From Octopus sinensis (lineage: Eukaryota): a stretch of DNA of 64,000 nt. The stretch spans positions 19,840,001 through 19,904,000 of the forward strand of contig NC_043020.1 in the NCBI RefSeq assembly GCF_006345805.1, in the 5' to 3' direction. Under the pieces are notes generated by a model. The model saw only the letters and a program-made list of their open reading frames with translations. It searched no databases and was not told the origin of the DNA. Below are positions 12,213 to 24,799 of this stretch, in pieces (position 1 is the stretch's first letter; the number at the start of each line of letters is the position of its first letter). The translations under genes and the position numbers were made by a program.

Positions 12213-13471
12213 CAGGGGCTGGACAAAATAATAGAAACACCTAGCATCATAGCATTGTAATTCTGAAATGTTTATAAAACCGTCAAAAGCTTCTTTATTT
12301 TTATGTTTTTGATTTATTTTTAGTGTTGCTTAATATGTTTTGCTAAAATTGCTGTTTCTTTTCAGATATCATCAGAAATAGGTAATTAAAATTCATTAAA
12401 ATGACAGATCTGTCGGACTTTCAAAGAGGTTAAATTGTTGGTTCTCATATGGCAGGAACTAGCATAATGAAAACGACTGAAATGTTTGGTGTATCAAGAA
12501 GTATTGTCTCGAAAGTAATGACAGCTTTTGAGAAAGAGGGAAAAACCTCCTCGTCGAAACAAAACTCCAGAAGAAAGCCAAAACTTTCAGACAGGGACCA
12601 TCGGACTCTTACGCGAATTGTTAGAAAACATCACGAAAGTATAGCTCCCAAAATTACTGCAGAGCTTAATGAGCACCTCCAGAACCCAGTTTCCACAAAA
12701 TCTGTTCACCAGAATCTGACAAAGCCAGATTTCATGGGAGGGCTGCAATCAGAAAACCACTACTTTCAAAAACAAATGTTGCAAAGCATTTAGAGTGGAG
12801 TAAAAAAACCTACAGAATTGGTTCCTAGAGCAGTGGAAGAATGTTATTTTCTCTGGCGAGTCAGCCTTTACCTAATTTCTGACCACCAGCTGAGTATACG
12901 TGTGGAAACAGCCAAAAGAAGCATTTGACCCAGACTGCCTACTTCCAACTGTTAAACATGGAGGATCTGTGATGATCTGTGGGGGCTATATCTTGGAAAT
13001 CTGCTGGCCCAATGGTTCCCTTTCATGGCAGAATAAATAGACAAGACTGTTTAAGCATTTTATCTGATCAAATTCATCCTATGGTTGCAGAACTGTTTCC
13101 GGAGAGAAACGCAATCTTTCAGGATAATAATGCACCAATTCACACAGCTAAAGTTGTTACTGAATTGCACAAGTGAAGTTGGACATCTTTTCTGGCCACC
13201 TCAGTCCCCAGATCTGAATATTATAGAACATTTATGGTGCATTTTAGAAAAACAATAAGGAGTTGATATCCTCCACCATCATCACTACAAGAACTGGAGA
13301 CTGTTTTAGCTGAAGAATGGACAAAAATTCCTTTGGAAACAATTCAAACTTTGTATGAGTCCATACCTCGTAGAATTCAAGTTGTAATTATTGCCAAAGG
13401 TGATCCTACCCCATATTAAAATAAGTTTGTTTGAAATTTTAAGGTGTTTCCATTATTTTGTCCAACCCCTC
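12213..13471 (+). mobile_element. Full-length degenerate Tc1-like DNA transposon
   Basis: TIRs CAGGGGCTGGACAAAATAATAGAAACACCT / AGGTGTTTCCATTATTTTGTCCAACCCCTC; TA at left; transposase remnants MTDLSDFQRG, TVKHGG, FQDNNAPIH, WPPQSPDLNIIEHLW with stops and frameshifts. Confidence 0.92.
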
Positions 13472-13861
13472 TTTATGTTTGGCTTTTGCTTTGTATTTGT
13501 ACAAGTTGTACATCAAGAGACAAGTTAGAAGTACAAGTTAGTATTACAACTAGGGTGCCACATTTTTGGTTTTGCACAGAGTATTGTTCTAGAAAGTGTC
13601 TGTCAAAACATAAGAAAACTAGAAGTTTGTTTTAAAAGTAATTTGGTGATAAGATGATGGTGAGTGTTGCTTTCTTTTATGTGAACTCTTCCTAGTTGCA
13701 TCCAGAAACCTTAAATAACAGTAAATTGGCTGTTTTACTATGGATGTTATTTATGATTATCAATGATGTGTTGTAGGGGAAGGAGACCTGAATCTGAGAA
13801 CTAAGATTCTGTTAAATTTGTAATATTTCAATTCTAAGAGTTTTAAGTTGACAATGTTTAT

Positions 13862-13909
<48 letters not shown>

Positions 13910-13989
13910 TATTATTATTATTATTATTGTTTTTTTTTTGTAGCACAGGCACCTGAAAGGACAAGCCTCTATGTGTGGGGAAGACAATA

Positions 13990-15075
13990 ATTTTTCTTAG
14001 CTTGACGTGTCTTATCAAGTACAGCAAATTGCCACAACTCCCGGTCCCTTTTCATTTTCTCAGTGAAGCCCAGTGTCTGAAGATCCTTTTTCACCACTTT
14101 GTCCCATGTCTTCCTGGGTCTACCCCTTCTACAGGTATGTTCCACAATTACAGTTCAGCACTTCCTTACGCAGCTGTCCTCATTCATACGCATCACATAA
14201 CCAAACCAGTGCAGACTTCCCTGTTGCACACACCATCTGATGCCTCTTCTACCCAGTTTTCCTCTTAAATTATGTACACCCCATCGTGCATACACACTGA
14301 CATTAACTATCCAACCAAGTAAGCTGGCTTCATTTCTTTTTCAAGCCTTTGCAAGTCCTCTGTAGTCGAAGCCTATTTTTCACTGCCATGTAACATAGCT
14401 GTATATACGCAGGCATCGTAAATCTACCTTTCACTGAGGGAGAGGCCCTTAATTACCAATAAAGGTAGAAACTCTCTGAACTTTGCTCAGCCTGTTCTTA
14501 TTCTAACAACCGTACTATCAGAACTTCCTCTACCCCTGCTAACTTGGTCTCTTAGGTTAAAGAAGCTATCAACTGCTTCTGAAGATCCTTCCAAGCATTT
14601 GAGTGAATTTGAGTGAATCTATTGTCTGCACATTTTTAGTGGTTATTGTTCCTGCACGTTTTCCACACACAAAGACTATATTCTCTGCCGACCTTCTTGT
14701 GATAGTGCTACACCTCTTATGTGTCCAAAGGCCTTGTTTCCCCACCTGAAATTTATTCTCAAGGTTAGGCAGTGATTCAACTATAAGAACAAGGTCACCT
14801 GCGTAAAGAAGCTCCCAGGGGCAGCTGGTCTTGAATTCCTCTGTTAAGGCCTGGAGAACTAAGATAAACAAGAGAGGTCTGAGAACTGAGCCCTGGTGAT
14901 CTCCTACCTATAACACTGAATTCACTGCTATATTCATTGCCAACCATCACCTTACTGGCAGCGTCACTGTACATAGCTTGTACAGCCCTCACTCACCACT
15001 TGTCTATCCTTAGCTTCCACATTGACCACCAGATAAGGGAGCAGGGGACCCTGTCAAAGACTGTCTCCATGTTGA
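13990..15075 (-). mobile_element. RTE-clade LINE fragment
   Basis: VLQALTEEFKTSCPWELLYAGDLVLI; degenerate. Confidence 0.8.
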
Positions 15076-15532
15076 CAAAAGCCATATATGTGTGTGTGTG
15101 TATATATCTCATCATCATTATTTAACATCCATTTTCCATACTGGCTTGGGTTACATAGTTTGACCAGAGCTGGTAAAGCTAGGGGCCATACCAGACCCCA
15201 TTGTCTGTTTCAGCATGTTTTTCTACAGTTGGATGCCCTTCCTAATGCCAGCCACTCCATAGAATGCATATTGGGCGCTTTTAAAATGGCACCATCATGA
15301 CAAACACACACACACACACATATTTGATGGGTTTCTTTCAGTTTCTGTCAACTAAACACACTTCTGAGGCTTTGGTTGGCCCAGGACTATGGTGGAAGAC
15401 ACGTGCTGCAAAATGGAACTGAACTGGAGACTGCATGGTTGGGAAGCAAGCTTCTTACCACAGAGCCTTGCCTGAACCTAAATTCAATGAAATTCATGGT
15501 GGAGTTAAGAAGAAAATTTGATGAATTCTTAC

Positions 15533-15593
15533 ATTTTCCTTATAAAACTTGGAAATCTCATACATTACTTCTTCTTCAACTGGATCAAGCAAT
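15533..15593 (-). CDS. IBTK: IBTK coding exon 18
   Basis: tttacag|A...AAT|GTAAGA; LLDPVEEEVMYEISKFYKEN (compare IBTK LDVLSDGVLKDLSEFYRKM); 61 nt, phase 2 to 0. Confidence 0.9.
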
Positions 15594-15920
15594 CTGTAAA
15601 AGGATAAGAACATGTGATCAATGGAGAATTGTCATTCTGATAAGGGACACAACAATGAGAGCATTATAATTCTGTACAGGGATTTGATGAGTGTGATTCA
15701 ATTCTATAAAAAGATGTTATATAGGAGATATTTTCATGGTAGCTTGTTACTAAATTTTTACGATGAGTAAGAATGGCTATAATGGTGAGGAGTTTCGTTC
15801 TCAACCACATGGATTTGAATTCTCTCAAAGGGAAGATAATTTCAATACATTTATTAATATATATATATATATATATATATATAGATAGATAGATAGATAG
15901 ACAGATACACACACAGATAT

Positions 15921-16246
15921 GTGAAGGTGCATGGCTCAGTGGTTAGAGCACTGGGCTCATAATCATGATTCTAGGACCAGGCTGTGTGGTATGTTCTTGA
16001 GCAAGATACTTCAATTCACATTGCTCCAGTTCTTTCAGCTGTAGAAATGAGTTGCAATGTCACTGGTGCCAAGGTGCTTCAGCGTTTGCCTTTCTCTTGG
16101 ATAACATCAGAGGTGTAGAGAGGGGAGATCTGTATGCACGGGTGACTGCCGGTCTTTCATAAACAACTTTGCCTGGACTTGAGCCTCTGAGGGTAACTTT
16201 CTAGGTGCAACCCCATGGTCATTCATGACTGAAGGGGGTCTTTACC

Positions 16247-16250
<4 letters not shown>
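15921..16250 (+). mobile_element. Second tRNA-derived SINE family
   Basis: GTGAAGGTGCATGGCTCAGTGGTTAGAGC head, CTTGAGCAAGATACTT core, GGGGGTCTTTACCCTTT end. Copies at about 37640-37990(-), 39540-39790(-) and 45172-45300(+). Confidence 0.8.
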
Positions 16251-16280
<30 letters not shown>

Positions 16281-16451
16281 TTTTACTTTTTTATTCTTTT
16301 ATTTGTTTCAGTCATTTGACATGCTGGAGCAGTACCTTTAGTCAAAGAAATTGACCCCAGGACTTATTCTTTGTAAGCCTAGTACTTATTCTATCGGACC
16401 CTTTCGCCGAACCGCTAAATTACGAAGATGCCTATATATATCTATATATAC

Positions 16452-16501
<50 letters not shown>

Positions 16502-16589
16502 CACACACATATATATATACATATACATATATATATATATATATACATATATACATAGAGAGAGAGAGAGAGAGAATTCACACAAAAAA

Positions 16590-17440
16590 AAGACGAAGAC
16601 AGGTGATGTAGACAACAAACAGATGTATTAGTTTAATGCTCGGGAAGTGAGAAAGTCTTTGACATTTCGAGCCTACTCTCTTCCACAGAAAGGAACAAGG
16701 AGAGAAAATAAAAACTGTGTAGTGGCTAGCAATCTATCATGGCGAATGCCGGACAGAAGGGTCAGGCAGGAGAGCTAGGAAGAAGGAGAGATAATAAAGT
16801 AGTGGTGATCCCAAAATGGAGGTGTGCACGCATGTGTGTATAAGAGAGTATGTATGTGCACGTGGAAGATGGCTGGTGACCTTGATGTGTGCATGTGTAT
16901 GTGTAGGTGTGTGGATGTGAGGCTGGGAAATGGTCAGTGCTAGTGTGTGCGTGGTGGTGTTATGTGATGTGATGTGTGGTTTGGTGGTGTATGGAGTAGT
17001 GGTGTGATGGTGTTGGGAGGTGGGGGAGGTGAGAGTGGGGAAAGCTGGACTCCCATTTGCACCGTGAACAGGGATTAATCTTCTCTCTTCGCTCCTTTGT
17101 GCCACATGGGCTCAACTCTCCTTCCCTCTTCATCTAACCTCCTCCCCTCTCCCCTCACACCTACTTCCTCCCACCCACCTCGCCTCTCTTGCTCCAACTC
17201 CTACTTCTTCTCTTCACTCCTACTCTACTTCTCTCTTCTCTTTACTCCTACCCACCTTCTTCTCCCTTCATCGTCAACCCTCTCTCATAACCTCACCCCA
17301 CCCCTACATAATCCAACCCCACATTCCCTACCCATCCCACCCTATCCCATCCCTTACACTCACTCCCACATACCCCACCTCTACCTCCACCTTCACAACC
17401 TAACTGACACTTCATCCTTGCTTTCCTTACTCTTGCCTCT
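16590..17440 (-). mobile_element. PLE 3' terminal fragment (same family as 58115-60065) with 5' inversion
   Basis: 16590-17045 is the reverse complement of about 59604-60060; 17046-17440 matches about 59241-59625 in plus orientation. Confidence 0.8.
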
Positions 17441-17483
17441 TCTCTAATTCTGCTAAAGATTCGGCAAAATATTACTGACTTAA

Positions 17484-18640
17484 AGTATGTGTTTGGTTTC
17501 ATGCACTTATTGGCCGCAGGGTTCATCCAAGGAAATATCCCTTTAAAACATTGAGTGTTAGAAACAAACTGAATACCACAAACTAGATGAAGCAAATCAC
17601 CTTTAGGTGAACGAGGATAGTGGGGATGAATGTTTTTATTATTTCAACTTGTTGGCACCGTACACCTGATGAAGTGAAATAAAAGTGAAATATCAATATT
17701 CTCATTCACTTATGGGGTAATTCATTTCATCTGGTTCGAGGTATTCAGTGTTTTTTAACACTCAATGTCTGAAAAGAACTTTTCTCTGGACGAATCGAGT
17801 AACCAATAATCATATAAACCAAACACATGACATTAAGTATGTGACATCAGTAAAGTTTACGTTATCAGAGCTGCTTTTAATTCAATATATAAATACTGAC
17901 ATCTTATAATTAGTTCCTCATGCTGATTAATCGTAATTGATTTAGGTTTATTAATCTTATAAGTATGGAATGCCTCAGATACACAGAGCCCACATCATCT
18001 ATTCTACTATTATATGGTTGTGCATTACATACAATGGACCAAGTAATTTTATATTCAATATTTTTATCTATGAGAGAATGTATGAATTTAGCTTGAGATG
18101 AATTAATAGTCTTTTCTTTATACAAAAATGTAGATTCGTGATTTGAATGAGGAAGAGGATGCACCAATGCAGACATGCTCTTTACCAAGAGCAGTGATAG
18201 GGTACTTAAATATTATATTTTTCCTAATACATTGGTTATTAATTTGACACATAGATTTATTACGGCAGTTACAAAAAGTAGACTTATCTAGATTATTAGT
18301 AGGTATAATAAGTTTAGTTGCATTATCATTAATAATATTGTTACTGAAATTAAGAACATCGGTATGATGGTATATTGATTATTTGCAGCAGATGTTACAT
18401 TTGGATTGTTTATGTTGCTAGAGATTGCTATATTGGATGTATTATTATTTGTTGTATTATTATTAGCTATCCAGTTTAATTTACTGGAATGAAATCTAGT
18501 TATATATTCAGCAATATTGGGTATTGTAGAGTATGCTAGTTTAACTGTGTGCCAATTAAAAATGTTATGATATGGGCAAGATTTAGGGATATGTTTATCT
18601 AAAGCCTGAAAGAATTTATCAGCTAAATTAGAAGCAACAT
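17484..18640 (-). mobile_element. Degenerate PLE 3' part with inverted terminal duplication
   Basis: NLADKFFQALDKHIPK..PYHNIFN.HTVKLAYS.IPNI and EYKITWSIV..AQPY; 17484-17600 is an inverted, diverged copy of about 17715-17830. Confidence 0.75.
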
Positions 18641-18851
18641 TTAGCCTAAATGGGACTGAACCCAGAACCATGTGGTTGGGGAGCAAACTTCTTACCACAA
18701 AGACATGACTGTATCTACAGCCATGCCCGTAACCACACACACACACACACACACACAATACAAGAGTTGCAAAAATTATTTGACTTCTGAACCCAAAGCT
18801 GATCCACCCACAAAATAAATCCTATACAAATTTCTTAATGTAACAACTTAC

Positions 18852-18969
18852 CTTAATTCCAGAAAATGAGTAATATTATCACAGATCCCTTGAAGACAGG
18901 TCCTTTGAAGATTCTCAGCACTGTATATCATGGCAAATCGCAGAAGGTCAAAAATATTATTCATATTTA
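18852..18969 (-). CDS. IBTK: IBTK coding exon 17 (BACK-like helix region)
   Basis: tttgccag|TA...AG|GTAAGT; NMNNIFDLLRFAMIYSAENLQRTCLQGICDNITHFLEL; 118 nt, phase 1 to 2. Confidence 0.93.
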
Positions 18970-19277
18970 CTGGCAAAGGAGAAATAAAGATATTTTTGAG
19001 ATTCATTACCAACTGAGTAAACATAGAAGGGAGCAGGATGGGGAGGGAGTGTAAACCTGACCCTTGGATTAGTAATTAAGCATCAGTTTCTAATACTGGC
19101 ACCAAGCCAGAATTAGAATTGTCCAGGAATTGAAACCATGATCTTGGAATCATGGGTGCAACATTATATATATATATAATATATATATATATGTGTGTGT
19201 GTATATATATAATAAATAATAATGAAATTATTATATACAGTGCTCAGGTGCACCACATATTTATACACATACCAATA

Positions 19278-20165
19278 CAAGACTGTATCAAAAGGTTTTC
19301 AGACTAGCTTTGTTTAATAAAAAATAACTTATTTGCCACAGTTTTAACATCATCTCCTTCGAAATAGTTACCTCGCACAGCAATACACCAGTCCCAGTGT
19401 TCTTACCACTTATGGAATCCAACCTGGAACTCATTTTCCGCAAGCGAGTCAAGGATCTTCTTCAATTCCCTCTGGATCTTGACAATGATGTTAAAATGGA
19501 GACCTTTGAGCTGCATTCTCATCTTGGGTTAGAGGGTTAGAGATAGCAGTCTGCAGTTGCTAAATCTCGTGAATAGGGCAGGTGTGGAAGCAAATCCATG
19601 TTGTTTTTGGCAAGAAACTCACAAGTGAAGAGAGCTGGGTGACAGAGTGCATTGTTGTCGTGAAGAATCCAATTCTTTGTGTTCCACACATCTGGTCACT
19701 TTCACCGAATGACTTCCCTTTAATGCTTCAAAATGTTGCAGATGAATTCTCGATGTACAATACCACACTTCCAGGGGTGACACGTCTTCCAGATTGCTTG
19801 TTGTCTTCCAGGGATGTTCTGGTTTTAAAGCACCCATGTCACTCGAAGCACTGTGTTCGACCCATTGCCTTATTGCCATAAGATTGCCAAAGCATGCTTA
19901 ATCTCTCTGTAGCAGACATCTCAAGTAAAGTAAAATTTCATGTTGGTTCTTTGCTCTTTATTCCTGTCCATAACAAAATGACAGACTACAGCATACATGT
20001 GATCACACAAACACAAATTTCACAACTTGCGAAATAACCACAGTGATGTCACTCAGTACACTACCTCATGAAAGTCACTGCTAGCTCTCACTGTGCACAC
20101 AACCACATGCTGCCATCTGTTGGCATGCTACGGAACTAGCCTGGGAACTTTTTGATACCACCTTG
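19278..20165 (-). mobile_element. Internally deleted mariner with both TIRs and TA target sites
   Basis: ta-CAAGACTGTATCAAAAGGTTTTCAGACTAG ... CTAGCCTGGGAACTTTTTGATACCACCTTG-ta; degenerate transposase inside. Confidence 0.8.
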
Positions 20166-20175
20166 TATATTATAT

Positions 20176-20573
20176 ACTAGCGAAACACCCCCACCCTGTC
20201 CAATGGACAGTGCTGAGTTGTCAAACATTTAAACCAAATTTTATCAAAACAACTTGTCTGACCATCCCATAGGCCACCCCTTTGAGAAACACTGATTTAA
20301 CCTAAATTTGAGACACCAGCAAAAGTAGAGAATTTTTCTCGCTTACATGTAGTATTGATCGCAACAGCTGATGTACTTGTGCGTACAAATGCACATTCCC
20401 ACGGCTTTATTGAGCGCATTTTCACCTGGAATTGATTTTTGTAATTTTTTCAAGCCTTATACATGCCCTGATACCGTCGGTATCTACATATCAAATTTGA
20501 GCACAATCGGATGGAGGATGCCCGAGATCCTAGAAGACACACAGACAGACAGAACGGATTTTATATAATAGAT
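20176..20573 (+). mobile_element. Non-autonomous Helitron/HINE-like element
   Basis: 5' ACTAGC..., 3' (CAGA)n then TTTTATATAATAGAT, an end structure resembling Lep1/DINE-1-type elements. No TSD seen. Confidence 0.45.
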
Positions 20574-20892
20574 ATGGGAAAATATCTATTGTGTGTTTCT
20601 TAAATGGCTTACAAACACCTTCCACGCTGCAATTGTTTTCGTTCCAGCACACAATCTCAGATCAAATCACTTGCTATGCGAGTACATCTCTGTAATATGG
20701 GAAAATGTTATCTTCTATAATCTCTGATAAACCTATACCTTGTGAGTGAAACTGTGTGGATGGAAACTAATTCAAAAGGTTCAGCCTTGTCATCACATAG
20801 TGTTACATTGTACTTGACAATGGAATACTCAGCCACTTACACATTAATTTAACAAGGTAACTATTAAAAAAAAAGACAGAAAATTGACTTAC

Positions 20893-20985
20893 TTGCTCTG
20901 ATAAGTTGGATTTCACAGAGGTGTTTTAGATCAACAAGCAAAGTTTCTTCAGCTTTTGCCAGAATTTCTTGCAGTAAGATACAAT
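20893..20985 (-). CDS. IBTK: IBTK coding exon 16
   Basis: attctag|AT...A|GTAAGT; CILLQEILAKAEETLLVDLKHLCEIQLIRA; 93 nt, phase 1 to 1. Confidence 0.92.
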
Positions 20986-21198
20986 CTAGAATATAAAGCA
21001 AGAAATCAAAGATCAAGTACAATCTTTTATATCATACACACGTGTCTCAATGAATGAATGGATGCATGACTCCGTGAGTGTGTGTGTGTGTGTGTGTGTA
21101 GGTGAGCACGCATGCACTTGTCATAGACAAGTATGCTTGACTTGGACTGACTGAAGGCTAAACAACAACAACAACAACAACAACAACGATCAACTTAC

Positions 21199-21292
21199 CG
21201 TTTAAATTGGGTATATTATTACTGTAGAGGTACCAGAGGAAAATTTCCAGAACATCAGCAGGAAATGATAACGTTAAAGTACTTGTAGATGT
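21199..21292 (-). CDS. IBTK: IBTK coding exon 15 (BTB2)
   Basis: ctctatag|ACA...G|GTAAGT; TSTSTLTLSFPADVLEIFLWYLYSNNIPNLN; 94 nt, phase 0 to 1. Confidence 0.92.
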
Positions 21293-21405
21293 CTATAGAG
21301 AAAATAGAGAACAGAGATGAAGAGGCTGTCATTCATTGCACAGTGCTGTAAAAGTTGCTGCATACATGTCAACTGTATAAGCATGTGTGTATTGTGTGTG
21401 TGTGT

Positions 21406-21499
<94 letters not shown>

Positions 21500-21532
21500 A
21501 TGTGTGCAAGTAATAAATGATTAATGACTTAC

Positions 21533-21656
21533 CTCTCTCCAAACACAAGAGAACATACTTCTGAAATATTCTGATCGAGCTACAAGGATACACTTGTGAC
21601 ATTTGAACTGATCCTTACTGTCACTGCACTTGATTGTCACATCTGACAAAACTGAG
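21533..21656 (-). CDS. IBTK: IBTK coding exon 14 (BTB2)
   Basis: ggccag|C...GAG|GTAAGT; SVLSDVTIKCSDSKDQFKCHKCILVARSEYFRSMFSCVWRE; 124 nt, phase 2 to 0. Confidence 0.95.
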
Positions 21657-21898
21657 CTGGCCAGGGAGAGAGAGAGAGAGAAAGAATATGAGTGAGAGAC
21701 AGAGAATGCAAGAGAGAAAGATATGAGAATGGCATTTTATACTCTTTCCCTATGTTTTTCAGAGTAAAAATAGCAAATTGTTTTAATCAAATAGAAGCTA
21801 ACTATGCAAAGTAATTTATTATCAACATGTACATAAGTAGACACCTGTGTGTATGTCTATACATATTTAAGTATACAGATAAATAGATAGATAGACAA

Positions 21899-21957
<59 letters not shown>

Positions 21958-22079
21958 GATGGACAGAATAGCAATTCATATTTTTGTTCAGTCTTTAATG
22001 ATAGTGTTGAGAAATACATTTGTCTGTATGTACATTCATGATGATGGCCATCCTCATGAATGGACATATATCTTTAACC

Positions 22080-22560
22080 TGCTTCCTCCATCTGTGGCAA
22101 TGACAGGCATTGCTCTCCCAGTCAGTATCCTGCATATCACAGACCTTGAATGAGGACTTGACACAGTTCTTAATTCACAGCTTTGGTTTCTGCTGGGAAC
22201 TCTTCCCATTCACAAGTTCCCCATATAGCATCTCCTTAGGGATCCTGGTATCCTTCATTCTAATAAGGTATCTAGTTCAATGTAACCAGTGCTTGTGCAC
22301 CATCGCCTCAATACTCAAGATATCAGCTGTTCTCAGGACCTGTGTATCTGGAGTTTTTAAGGTCCAGCCAACATTCAGAATGTGTCTGAGACATCTCTGA
22401 TGAAAACATTCAAGGACCCTTACATGATATTTGTAAAGGGTCCTTGTTCCACATAAGTAAAGGAGCAATGTCAGTACACATGCATGGTACACAGCAATTT
22501 TTGTTTGCTTTGAGATGCCATGCTGAGACCAGGCACGAGACTGGAAGGAATCAGTTGTTC
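22080..22560 (-). mobile_element. RTE/BovB-like LINE fragment
   Basis: TKIAVYHACVLTLLLY...LECFHQRCLRHILNVGW. Confidence 0.8.
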
Positions 22561-23297
22561 TCTGCAGCCTGTCTGTATATACGTTCATACATACAGACAG
22601 ACAGACAGACAAAGAGACAAATGATTAGTAAAGAAAGCAGGAACTTATATAATGAAATTCTATAGGAGCTTGGCATATCATCAGCCATGTTTCTACTCAC
22701 TAATAATACAATGTCTGACTCATTTTAATCCTGTCAAAGATTTTTTCTGGAAATGTTTTTAACATATAAGTATTGTATCTGATTCAAATATTTTATTTCA
22801 AAGAAAAATCATGCCACCACCCATCATTACACACTCAGTACTCTCTATAGTGCCTCCTTACATTTGTTATCCTTCTGGGAGCTCACAATACTCCCAAGGG
22901 GCTGCTACTAGAGAGTGACATAATACAGTATTTGCATAAAAATGCACAATAAAAAATGCATGGGTCCAAAATAGCCATGCCTAGCTTTGCTGCTATGTAG
23001 CTTTTTGTAAATCTCTGATAAATCTCATCACATGGCATAAACATTTTCTCTGTATTATTTTGCTTTCACTTTACTGATTGAAAAGATGATAGTGTTATTA
23101 CAAAGGTGGAGAGCTGCTCTCTTACAGAAAAGTTGCATTCTAACTGTTTTGGAGCAGTACAGTATAAAGCAGTATCGGAGAGTACGGCAGAGAATTGTAA
23201 TGTATAATATAGCTTTTAAACTTAGAGGAAATTTGAAGTAGAAATTTATTATATGAGAGGTGAGCAGAGTCTGGGTATGTCAATATTAAATACTTAC

Positions 23298-23393
23298 AAA
23301 GCTGATCGATCAAATTTTGGTTCACTGAATGAAAGCTTTCTCACTTTCTTCTTGAAGTAAACTTTATTTTCATACAGACACACATTATCTAAC
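23298..23393 (-). CDS. IBTK: IBTK coding exon 13
   Basis: tttgaag|G...TT|GTAAGT; (R)LDNVCLYENKVYFKKKVRKLSFSEPKFDRSA (compare IBTK RLDGVRFEN); 96 nt, phase 2 to 2. Confidence 0.88.
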
Positions 23394-24136
23394 CTTCAAA
23401 AGACAGAAAAAAAAATCAAAACTGAACCATTGTTTCATACATTATTAATATTAGGAATGCAGTGAGCTGGCAGAAACATTAGCAAGTCAGGCGAAATACT
23501 TAGTGGTATTTTGTCTGTCTTTATGTTCTGGGTTGAAATTCCGTTGAGGTCAACTTTGCCTTTCATCCTTTTGGGGTCAATAAATTCAGTACCAGTTGCA
23601 TACTGAGATCTAATCGACTGGCCCCCTCCGCCAAATTTTGGGCCTTGTGCCTAGAGTAGAAAAGATTATTAATATTAGGGAACAAGAATTATTTATCTTG
23701 TATCATTCTTGTTGTTGATACTAGAGTTGTTGTTAATGTGAGAGTGAGAAAGGCATTGTTGAACTATCATCATCATCAAACATTATTCCAGAAGCCTGGT
23801 TCCATGCACACCATTGCCACCAATTCTAGTTGTGTTGGCTTACAAACAGAATATATAGAATATAAAAGCAACAAACAGAAAGGATCCTATACTATTTCAC
23901 ACATAATTAGGATGAGCCAACAAAAGAACCTTATGTGTCTGCTTCAGCTGCATGAAATAGTAAACAAATGCCCATAAAATCTTACCCTACTATCTTATAA
24001 AAGGAAGCACGTCTTGAATAATGATGTCCTTATTAAAATATACCTAAAGTAAAAAAAAATAAAAATCGCAATAGGATGGCTACCGTTGGGATGGCTTCAA
24101 TCTGGATCTGCTTGATCAGTTTGGATCGGGGACTAA

Positions 24137-24280
24137 ACAACAACAACAACAACAACAACAACGACAAGTACTACTACTACTACTACACTACTACTACTAC
24201 TACTACTACCACCACTAATACTACCACCATCACCACCACCACCACCACTACCACCACTACTACTACTACTACTACTACAG
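24137..24280. repeat. Compound trinucleotide microsatellite (AAC/TAC/ACC), representative of dozens of (TA)n, (CA)n, (GA)n and (AAT)n tracts
   Basis: Direct inspection; other long tracts at about 21400-21500 (TG)n, 13860-13925 (AAT/ATT)n and 46190-46430 (TA-rich). Confidence 0.95.
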
Positions 24281-24799
24281 TAAAAAGGCTTTGACAGAAT
24301 CAAGAGCATGGCAGTCAAGCTGTCTGGTGGAAATTAATTACTTTCATTTATACTCTGAGTTCAATTCCTGCCAAGATTAGATTTTCTTTTCATCCTTCCA
24401 GAGTCAATGACACAAAGTGCCAATCAAGTAATGTGGAGAATTAATGGTGAGGACTGATTTAATTGACTACATCTTGTCCACCCATTCAGAAATTCCTGGT
24501 GTTGGATCATCATCATCATCATCATCATTGCCACCACTGCTGCTGCTACCACTGCCACCACCATCATCAACATCTTCATTATTACCTTAATGTCCAATTT
24601 CCATGCTTGCATGAGTCAAAATTTATTTGAAGCAGATTTTCTGTGATTGGATGCCCTTCCTGTCACCAACCTTCATCTGTTTCCAAGCAATGTAATATTT
24701 CCCCATGGTCAGACATGGTCTCACAGAATACTGGAAATGACTGTCACTGCTTGTATGATAGTGATGATCATTTACAAGTCACAAGCAAACATACACACA

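Noticed and set aside
17655-17700. CTGATGA...GAAA near the centre of the 17484-17830 inverted repeat as a hammerhead
   Set aside because: Stems I-III cannot be paired convincingly; at most a decayed relic.
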